A DNA stretch of 32,000 nucleotides from contig NC_009925.1 in NCBI RefSeq assembly GCF_000018105.1, positions 720,001-752,000 on the forward strand. The letters are read 5' to 3'. Of this stretch, positions 25,404 to 32,000 are shown piece by piece. Position numbers and translations under genes: made by a program. A model generated the notes under the pieces. That model worked only from the letters and a program-made list of their open reading frames with translations. It did not search any database and was not told the origin of the DNA. Origin of the DNA: Acaryochloris marina MBIC11017 (GTDB lineage Bacteria; Cyanobacteriota; Cyanobacteriia; Thermosynechococcales; Thermosynechococcaceae). Each line of letters opens with the position of its first letter. The stretch's first letter is position 1.

Positions 25404-25770
25404 AGCATCACTCCTGGTTAAGCTTTTACTAATGGTGCCCCTAACATCATTTCCAGCTTAAATAGTCAGCAAAATCTTTATTATTTAGCACTCCAAGGTA
25501 GTGAGTGCTAAATATGATTATCTATAGGCGTTCTTCCCAGAAGCTTTTACTTATGAACATAAGGCTTGCTGGGATGGTGGCTTCGTTTATAGAAAGGGGC
25601 CAATGGTTATTTAATAATCTATTGGAAAATGATTTTTTTTGGTATCTATTGCTACTGTCAACCGAAAAAGGCATCTAACTCTTGACGATTTTTATAGCTG
25701 CCTATGGTCTTTGTCTATAGTCAAATGCAGGTAAAAACGGGTAGGTAATCAGAATAAGTTTTCGCGCTGA

Positions 25771-26997
25771 TTAACTAGTAACGGTAACTTGCTGGGCACA
25801 GGTTTTAGCTCGTTGTCTGGCTTCTTCTATTGTCTCACCGAGGGCTAGGGCCACCCCCATCCGTCGATTTTTATGGGCAGTGGGTTTGCCAAATAGGCGC
25901 ACGCGACTGGTTGGCACCGTAAGAGCCGCAGCAACACCTTCAATCTTGGGTTCCTTAGATGCGTCTGAGGCCAAAATGACTGCAGACGCTCCGGGGCTAA
26001 CCAGCTGGATATCGCCAATGGGGAGTCCCAGAATGGCGCGAGCATGTAGCTCAAACTCTGACATGTTTTGGCTGACCATGGTGACCATGCCTGTGTCGTG
26101 GGGGCGAGGACTGACTTCGCTGAAATACACTGTCTGGGCCTGATCGGCAGGGCCAGCGATAAACAGTTCCACTCCAAACAATCCCCAGCCCCCCAGGGCA
26201 TCGGTAATTTGGCGGGCCATATCTTGACAGGCTTGCAGCGTATCAGGATGGAGAGGGCAGGGTTGCCAGGACTCTCGATAGTCCCCGCTTTGCTGGACAT
26301 GGCCAATGGGGGAGCAGAAGTGGGTGCCCGACTGGGACCGCACGGTGAGTAAGGTAATTTCTGTTTCGAATTCGACAAAGCCTTCAACGATAACGCGAGG
26401 AGCATTGCCACGTCCGGCTTCTAGAGCATAGGTCCAGGCTGGGATAATTTCACTGTCTGTTTTGACTAAGCTTTGGCCTTTGCCTGAAGAACTCATGACC
26501 GGTTTGACCACGCAGGGAAGACCCACTTTCTGCACCGCCTGCTCATATTCGGCTTGAGTAGATGCAAACTGAAAGGGGGAGGTTTTTAGACCTAAATCAC
26601 TAGCTGCCAGACGCCGAATGCCTTCCCGATCCATGGTCAGATTAGTGGCTTTGGCTGTGGGAATTACGTTCCATCCTTCCGCTTCTAGGTCGAGCAGCGT
26701 TGCAGTGGCAATAGCTTCAATCTCTGGCACAATCAGATCCGGTTTCACGGACTCTACGACCTGACGCAGGGCCGCCCCATCCTGCATATTGATCACCACA
26801 TTCCGATGGGCAAACTGCATTGCAGGGGCATGATCGTAGGCATCCGATGCAATCACTTCAATCCCCAAACGCATGGCCTCTAGGGCCACTTCCCGACCTA
26901 GTTCTCCTGACCCCAACAGCAGCAGCCGCTTGGCTGAATCAGAAAAAGGGGCACCCCAAGGTGCTGCGAGAGAAGTGTTGGCAGGACGGCTGATCAT
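25771..26997 (-). CDS. purT: formate-dependent phosphoribosylglycinamide formyltransferase (GAR transformylase 2)
   Basis: Colinear with E. coli PurT: [81 protein letters not shown]. Confidence 0.93.
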   Translation of the reverse strand: MISRPANTSLAAPWGAPFSDSAKRLLLLGSGELGREVALEAMRLGIEVIASDAYDHAPAMQFAHRNVVINMQDGAALRQVVESVKPDLIVPEIEAIATATLLDLEAEGWNVIPTAKATNLTMDREGIRRLAASDLGLKTSPFQFASTQAEYEQAVQKVGLPCVVKPVMSSSGKGQSLVKTDSEIIPAWTYALEAGRGNAPRVIVEGFVEFETEITLLTVRSQSGTHFCSPIGHVQQSGDYRESWQPCPLHPDTLQACQDMARQITDALGGWGLFGVELFIAGPADQAQTVYFSEVSPRPHDTGMVTMVSQNMSEFELHARAILGLPIGDIQLVSPGASAVILASDASKEPKIEGVAAALTVPTSRVRLFGKPTAHKNRRMGVALALGETIEEARQRAKTCAQQVTVTS

Positions 26998-27148
26998 CGT
27001 TGTCAGGGAGGATTCATTCTATAGATTTACATGGAAGCAGTATGACCCATAACGGTTTCATACCATAATGCTGATTAGCAGTTTGTGGGATATAGAATGG
27101 CGTTCTTGCTGGATCTAGTCCTGCGTTTTACAGATAGATTTAACAATC

Positions 27149-28921
27149 ATGGGCCTAATTGTTCAGAAGTTTGGTGGCACGTCCGTTGGTTCGGTAGAGC
27201 GGATCAAAGCGGTTGCTCAACGGGTAAAGCAGACCGTTGCCCAGGGCAACTCGGTGGTGGTGGTGGTATCGGCCATGGGCAAGAGCACTGATACCCTGGT
27301 CCAGCTCGCCCAAGAAGTATCCTCCAATCCCTGTCGGCGGGAGATGGACATGTTGCTATCGACGGGAGAACAGGTCTCGATTTCCCTGCTGAGTATGGCC
27401 CTCCAAGCACTGGGACAGCCCGCTATTTCCTTGACCGGGGCTCAGGTGGGCATTGTCACAGAGCCTGAACATACCCGCGCTCGCATCCTCCACATTGCCA
27501 CGGAACGATTAGAGCGCCATCTAGAAGAAGGAAAAGTGGTTGTAGTCGCTGGATTTCAGGGCACTTCTAACACTTCCGATTTGGAAGTGACAACATTAGG
27601 GCGAGGGGGATCGGATACCTCTGCGGTGGCATTAGCAGCGGCCCTTCATGCAGAAAAATGTGAGATCTATACGGATGTAGCTGGGGTCCTCACCACGGAC
27701 CCTCGGCTGGTGGAGAAGGCCCAACTGATGACAGAGATTACCTGCGAGGAAATGTTGGAGCTTGCAAGTCTAGGAGCCAACGTACTTCATCCTCGGGCCG
27801 TAGAAATTGCTCGCAATTATGGGGTGCAGATGGCCGTTCGCTCCAGCTGGACCGATGAACCGGGCACCCAAATCATTTCAACCGGGACCCAGCCTAAGAC
27901 CTTAACGGACCTGGAGTTGGGTCGGCCTGTGGATGCGGTGCATTTTGATCTGAACCAGGCCAAGGTGGCGTTGCTCCATGTGGCGGATCGTCCCGGTGTC
28001 GCAGCTGGGTTGTTTGGCGAGTTAGCCAATCAGGGTCTGGATGTGGACCTGATCATTCAATCCATCCATGATGGTAATTCAAATGATATTGCCTTCACCG
28101 TTGCCCAGGACTGTTGTGTTCAAGCGGAGGCTGTGGCAAATGCCTTTAATTCTACGGTGCCTTCTGGAAGTACCTCGGAAGTGCTAGTCGAACCGAATGT
28201 TGCCAAGGTCAGTATTGTCGGGGCAGGGATTATTGGTCGCCCACAAATTGCGGCCCAGATGTTTCAGACCCTGAGTGATTTAGGCATTAATTTGCAGATG
28301 ATTTCCACTTCTGAAGTGAATGTCAGCTGCACCATTACCGCAGCAGATTGTGAACGGGCAACCAAGGCTCTGTGCGATGTGTTTGAAGTGACGAGCTCTT
28401 CGATTGATAGTGGAATCTCTTTGCCGGATTATCCGATTCCTCCAGTGCGAGGGGTGGCCTTGGACTTAGAGCAGGCTCAGTTAGCCATTCGGAATGTCCC
28501 GGATCGTCCGGGCATGGCGGCTCATATTTTCCAGGTCTTGGCCAAGCGAAATATCAGTGTTGATATGATTATTCAGTCCCAGCGCTCCCGCCAGGTGGAA
28601 GGGCAGATTACTCGAGATATCGCCTTTACCGTAGCTGAGGGGGATTTAGAGGTGGCTAAGGGACTCTTACAGGATTTGTCCCGCAATCTAGGATGTGGGG
28701 AAGTGGCATCCGATTCTGCGATCGCAAAAGTCAGCATTGTTGGTATCGGTATGTTGGGGCAGCCGGGGGTAGCAGCTCAGATGTTTATGGCCTTAGCCCA
28801 GCAGAAAATCAACATTCAAATGATCGCCACCTCGGAAATTCGAGTCAGTTGCGTCGTGGCCCAAGGAGATGGGAGTACTGCGTTACAAGCCATTCATCAG
28901 GCATTTGGCCTAGAGGGCTAG
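27149..28921 (+). CDS. lysC: aspartate kinase, long cyanobacterial form with duplicated ACT regulatory region
   Basis: [42 protein letters not shown] and [11 protein letters not shown] form the kinase core. Two successive ACT-pair regions follow ([16 protein letters not shown]... and [16 protein letters not shown]...). Confidence 0.93.
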   Translation: MGLIVQKFGGTSVGSVERIKAVAQRVKQTVAQGNSVVVVVSAMGKSTDTLVQLAQEVSSNPCRREMDMLLSTGEQVSISLLSMALQALGQPAISLTGAQVGIVTEPEHTRARILHIATERLERHLEEGKVVVVAGFQGTSNTSDLEVTTLGRGGSDTSAVALAAALHAEKCEIYTDVAGVLTTDPRLVEKAQLMTEITCEEMLELASLGANVLHPRAVEIARNYGVQMAVRSSWTDEPGTQIISTGTQPKTLTDLELGRPVDAVHFDLNQAKVALLHVADRPGVAAGLFGELANQGLDVDLIIQSIHDGNSNDIAFTVAQDCCVQAEAVANAFNSTVPSGSTSEVLVEPNVAKVSIVGAGIIGRPQIAAQMFQTLSDLGINLQMISTSEVNVSCTITAADCERATKALCDVFEVTSSSIDSGISLPDYPIPPVRGVALDLEQAQLAIRNVPDRPGMAAHIFQVLAKRNISVDMIIQSQRSRQVEGQITRDIAFTVAEGDLEVAKGLLQDLSRNLGCGEVASDSAIAKVSIVGIGMLGQPGVAAQMFMALAQQKINIQMIATSEIRVSCVVAQGDGSTALQAIHQAFGLEG

Positions 28922-28966
28922 CTTTTCGGCTGCAAGCTTCACCCTCCCTTATACTGCAAAAAAGAA

Positions 28967-28994
28967 AATGACCTCGTGATCAAGCGAGGTCATT
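28967..28994 (+). terminator. hairpin after lysC (10-bp stem, 8-nt loop)
   Basis: AATGACCTCG (28967-28976) pairs with CGAGGTCATT (28985-28994), 46 nt after the lysC stop. The downstream T tract is weak (TTTGTATTTG). Confidence 0.55.
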
Positions 28995-29016
28995 CAAGGA
29001 TTTGTATTTGGATCTA

Positions 29017-29044
29017 GGTAAGGACTGCTGTAGTAGTCCTTACC
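29017..29044 (+). terminator. second hairpin after lysC (10-bp stem, 8-nt loop)
   Basis: GGTAAGGACT (29017-29026) pairs with AGTCCTTACC (29035-29044). Confidence 0.4.
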
Positions 29045-29097
29045 CAGAAACAGTGGTGAACACACAGTGATTACACTTTATCGGCAGTCACAAGTAA

Positions 29098-29995
29098 GAG
29101 GCTGTTTGAGAAGTGAGTAAAGCTCTCAAGGTACTAATCTGTCAATACACAAACACTGGACAGGACCTAGAGAGCAATGCCTACAGCATATGATAGCGAC
29201 CTCACCACCCTGCAATGGGAATTACTTGAGCCTTTGATTCCTGCTGCTAAACCTGGAGGTAGACCTCGCACCACTGATATGCTCAGTGTTCTCAATGCCA
29301 TTTTTTATCTCGTGGTTACAGGTTGTCAGTGGAGACAACTACCTCATGATTTTCCCTGTTGGTCAACGGTCTATAGCTATTTTCGAAGGTGGCGCGATGA
29401 TGGGACTTGGAGTCAAATCAATGAACATCTACGCATGCAAGTGCGGGTGAGTGAAGACCGTCATCCCAGTCCCAGTGCCGCTATCTGCGATGCTCAATCG
29501 GTCAAAGTCGGCAATCCTCGGTGTCACTTGATTGGGTTTGATGGTGGGAAAATGGTCAAAGGTCGTAAACGTCATGTGCTCGTTGATACTTTGGGGCTGG
29601 TTCTGATGGTGATGGTCACCGCTGCAAATATCTCTGACCAACGAGGGGCCAAAATACTGTTTTGGAAAGCTCAACGCCAAGGTGCGAGTTTGTCCCGTCT
29701 AGTTCGGATATGGGCTGATGCAGGCTATCAAGGACAAGCTTTGATGAAGTGGGTAATGGACCGTTTTCAATATGTCTTGGAAGTAGTCAAACGCTCAGAT
29801 AATCTAGCGGGGTTTCAGGTTATTCCCAAACGATGGATTGTAGAGCGGACGTTTGGATGGTTGTTGTGGTCTCGACGTCTTAATAAAGATTATGAGGTGC
29901 TGACTAGGACGGCTGAAGCGCTTGTTTATGTGGCGATGATTCGACTCATGGTTCGAAGGCTAGCGCAGGAGCACTAAAACTTCTCAAACAGCCTC
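29098..29995 (+). mobile_element. IS5-family insertion sequence (3-bp-TSD subgroup), 898 bp
   Basis: Perfect 17-bp terminal IRs: GAGGCTGTTTGAGAAGT at 29098-29114 and its reverse complement at 29979-29995. Flanked by direct TAA at 29095-29097 and 29996-29998. Confidence 0.88.
29177..29977 (+). CDS. IS5-family DDE transposase
   Basis: DLTTLQWELLEPLIP...GRPR...VLNAIFYLVVTGCQWRQLPHDFPCWSTVYSYFRRWRDDG N-terminal domain typical of IS5/IS427/IS1031-type transposases. DDE region DAQSVK...WADAGYQG...VERTFGWL. Confidence 0.9.
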   Translation: MPTAYDSDLTTLQWELLEPLIPAAKPGGRPRTTDMLSVLNAIFYLVVTGCQWRQLPHDFPCWSTVYSYFRRWRDDGTWSQINEHLRMQVRVSEDRHPSPSAAICDAQSVKVGNPRCHLIGFDGGKMVKGRKRHVLVDTLGLVLMVMVTAANISDQRGAKILFWKAQRQGASLSRLVRIWADAGYQGQALMKWVMDRFQYVLEVVKRSDNLAGFQVIPKRWIVERTFGWLLWSRRLNKDYEVLTRTAEALVYVAMIRLMVRRLAQEH

Positions 29996-30140
29996 TAAGC
30001 TCTACCGAATAATTACGGAGTGCAAAGGTTTTTCTAGGAGAATTTTCGGAGTAAGCAAAATGTCTATGAAGAGTAAAAAAAAGAACGTCAAAAAGTTCCG
30101 TATTTATACGGAGGTCTTCTCGTCATCAATACCATGCCAC

Positions 30141-30169
30141 TATAAAACCGACAGGCTAAATCCCGTCGG
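30141..30169 (-). terminator. second, sequence-related minus-strand terminator hairpin
   Basis: On the minus strand, CCGACGGG-ATTTAG-CCTGTCGG is followed by TTTTATA. It also forms G.U on minus and A.C on plus. Confidence 0.55.
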
Positions 30170-30181
30170 TGCGCCGTTTTC

Positions 30182-30216
30182 AAAAAAAACACCGACAAGC
30201 TGAACCAACCTGTCGG
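30182..30216 (-). terminator. rho-independent terminator of modBC (minus strand)
   Basis: On the minus strand, CCGACAGG...CTTGTCGG (8-bp stem with one G.U, 9-nt loop) is followed by GTG and T8 (plus-strand A8 at 30182-30189). The same position is an A.C mismatch on the plus strand. Confidence 0.75.
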
Positions 30217-30363
30217 ACGTATGTGTGTTCCCCAATGACGACTCAGATAGCACTAAGTCTTCTTTAATATCGCTGTAATAAATGGAAGTTAGTGTGATCT
30301 AAATCACCTTAACTAAGCAATCTTTATCACTTACAAAAATAGCCAAGAAAAAGAGGGAAATCA

Positions 30364-32000
30364 CTACTCCCGAAGTAATAAAATGTTCATGGGGTCAAGG
30401 GTAATAGACCAGGGAAAAGGCAGATTTTTGAGCTGTTGCCATTTATCTTTGAATACTTCAGCCTGAAGATAGTAATCTTCTGCGTGGGTGGGAGGAGAAT
30501 GGAGTTTTAAATAAAGGGTCATCCGGTGAGGAGTTTCCCGGGTCATCGCTAGCCAGCCTAGAAAAGTATTACTAGGGGGCGTTACGGGTACTTCTAAATC
30601 TAAAAACCGAATTTGATGGGCTCGAATACCAATTTGAGAATGGTGGGGCCGAATAGGCTCCAAGGTTTGTAGGGGGCACTCCCAGTCCAGGGCAAATACC
30701 TCTTCCGGGCCACTCTGCTGGATGCGGGAGAAGTTTTTACAGCCCGTCAGTTGGGCAATACTGAGGGTTTCGGGCTGTTCTAGGATTTGATGTTTGGGGC
30801 GTAAGGTAGAGGGTTTGCCTTGCTCCACCACCATCAACTGATCACAGAGTCGATAGGCTTCTTCCACATTGTGAGTGACCCACAGGGTCATGCCATCAAA
30901 AGTAGATAGACGAGATACCATCCCTTTCTCGATCTGGTTACGAAGGTGGGTATCTAAGGCTGAGAAGGGTTCATCAAACAGCAAGAGTTGGGGCCGACTT
31001 GCGAGGGCCCGAGCGAGGGCTACCCGCTGTTGCTGTCCTCCAGATAATTCCTGGGGCAAGCGGTGGCCGTAGTCAGCCAACTGCAGCGGTGCTAAGTGGG
31101 ATGTCACTTTAGTGGTATTTAACGATCGCCCTGCTGATAAGGCAAAGGCAATATTCTCAGCAGCGGTGAGGTGGGGGAACAAGGCATAGTTTTGGAACAG
31201 GATGCCAATGTTGCGATCGCAACTCGGTATATTAATACCCTGCGCAGAATCAAACAGCACTCGACCATTCAGAACAATCCTGCCCCGATCAGGAGTCTCA
31301 ATGCCAGCAATACAGCGAAGGAGCATACTTTTTCCAGCCCCTGACGCTCCCAACACCCCCAGAGTCGTTTCTTGGGTTTGGAAGGAGATATCCAGCTGGA
31401 ATCCAGCCACTCGCTTTTGCAAATCAACCCATAAGCCCTGATCAGCAGACGAGTAGGAAGCATCTGGGAGCAATCTGGGTCTCAAAGGGCGGCGACGACG
31501 GAACTTTAGACAGCGAGGTTTTTGACTGAGCCAAAGATTCACCCCCACCAGGAATCCTAAACTAACGAAAAGAGTGAAGCTGCACCAAATCAATGCTTCC
31601 TCAACGGCCCCACCTTCAACGGCAAAATAAATGGCCATTGGAATGGTTTGAGTCTGCCCTGGAATATTCCCCGCCAACATCAGGGTGGCGCCAAATTCCC
31701 CCAGGGCTCGGGCAAAGGCCAGACTTGTACCGGCCAATATGCCTGGCCCTGCCAAGGGTAAGATCACTTGTCGAAATACGGTCCATTCGGATGCCCCCAA
31801 CGTGCGAGCCGCCGCTGGCAGATTGGGATCGAGCTGTTGGAAAGCCCCCAACGCGGTTTTGTATTGCAAAGGGAAAGATACGACCGTCGCTGTAATCACA
31901 GCAGCATACCAAGTAAATACAGGGTTCAATCCCAAAGGGGTTAAGAGCCGACCGATGGGACCTTGAGTCCCCAGAAGGAAGAGGAGCATAAACCCCAACA
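30364..32000 (-). CDS. modBC: molybdate ABC transporter, fused permease (ModB) and ATPase (ModC) with C-terminal TOBE-like domain; 5' end outside window
   Basis: ModB part: AARTLGASEWTVFRQVILPLA, EFGATLMLAGNIPGQTQT. Basic linker RRRRPLRPR. ModC part: GASGAGKSMLLRCIAG (Walker A), LSGGQQQRVALARAL (signature), LLLFDEPFSALD (Walker B). The frame is open to the window edge. Confidence 0.88.
   Translation of the reverse strand, partial: LGFMLLFLLGTQGPIGRLLTPLGLNPVFTWYAAVITATVVSFPLQYKTALGAFQQLDPNLPAAARTLGASEWTVFRQVILPLAGPGILAGTSLAFARALGEFGATLMLAGNIPGQTQTIPMAIYFAVEGGAVEEALIWCSFTLFVSLGFLVGVNLWLSQKPRCLKFRRRRPLRPRLLPDASYSSADQGLWVDLQKRVAGFQLDISFQTQETTLGVLGASGAGKSMLLRCIAGIETPDRGRIVLNGRVLFDSAQGINIPSCDRNIGILFQNYALFPHLTAAENIAFALSAGRSLNTTKVTSHLAPLQLADYGHRLPQELSGGQQQRVALARALASRPQLLLFDEPFSALDTHLRNQIEKGMVSRLSTFDGMTLWVTHNVEEAYRLCDQLMVVEQGKPSTLRPKHQILEQPETLSIAQLTGCKNFSRIQQSGPEEVFALDWECPLQTLEPIRPHHSQIGIRAHQIRFLDLEVPVTPPSNTFLGWLAMTRETPHRMTLYLKLHSPPTHAEDYYLQAEVFKDKWQQLKNLPFPWSITLDPMNILLLRE

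Noticed and set aside
25845-26411. 188-aa ORF on the same strand as purT in another frame, plus plus-strand ORFs 25880-26143 and 26068-26352
   Set aside because: The purT frame is colinear with E. coli PurT over its whole length. The alternatives are shadow ORFs.
29948-29965. tRNA T-loop-like GGTTCGAAGG
   Set aside because: It lies inside the IS5 transposase CDS. No acceptor, D or anticodon stems can be drawn. No tRNA-like cloverleaf was found anywhere in the window.
30060-30203. 47-codon lysine-rich ORF (MSMKSKKKNVKKFRIY...) with GGAG upstream
   Set aside because: It runs through both minus-strand terminator hairpins and the A8/T8 tract, so its basic residues derive from A-runs. It is most likely fortuitous.
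30000-30363. Possible Moco (molybdenum cofactor) riboswitch next to modBC
   Set aside because: This spacer is at the 3' end of the minus-strand modBC gene, not its leader. The structures present are simple terminator hairpins. Any riboswitch would lie beyond position 32000.
1-32000. CRISPR arrays, rRNA genes, prophage or defence-system cassettes (RM, TA, CBASS-like)
   Set aside because: There are no regularly spaced direct repeats and no rRNA-like segments. No ORFs show nuclease, cyclase, methylase-restriction or toxin-antitoxin signatures. The only repeats are the IS termini, HIP1 octamers and the short motifs listed in the findings.

Overview
This window looks like cyanobacterial chromosome. 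Evidence: 10 copies of the HIP1 octamer GCGATCGC, a split DnaE intein C-fragment, a 590-aa aspartokinase with duplicated ACT regions, and a ModB-ModC fusion. Most of it is housekeeping: saccharopine-dehydrogenase-like gene, dnaE-C, yidD, an amino-acid permease, trmJ-like/trmO, purT, lysC and modBC. Three different insertion sequences interrupt it, each with identifiable terminal inverted repeats and target-site duplications: IS1 family at 310-1105 (9-bp TSD), IS630 family at 20949-22158 (TA TSD), and IS5 family at 29098-29995 (TAA TSD). The IS630 copy splits a small secreted-protein gene that rejoins in frame once the IS is removed. Its transposase needs a -1 frameshift on an A AAA AAA heptamer. 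The most unusual locus is a nfeD / flotillin / flotillin operon (6417-10038). It is followed by a perfect 12-bp hairpin and then an 834-aa protein with the post-ATPase helical region of Apaf-1-type STAND proteins plus about 10 helical repeats, but no NTPase domain. Other accessory content: an orphan 335-aa gene beside a 563-bp AT-rich spacer and a DUF4282-like miniprotein; an AT-rich, HIP1-free islet (about 17.2-20.4 kb) with orphan membrane/secreted genes and a methyltransferase broken by a 1-nt deletion; and a divergent CPYC GST/glutaredoxin-like gene and TetR pair around a perfect 12-bp palindrome. I found no rRNA, tRNA or CRISPR array. All family assignments come from motif recognition by eye and need HMM/BLAST confirmation.
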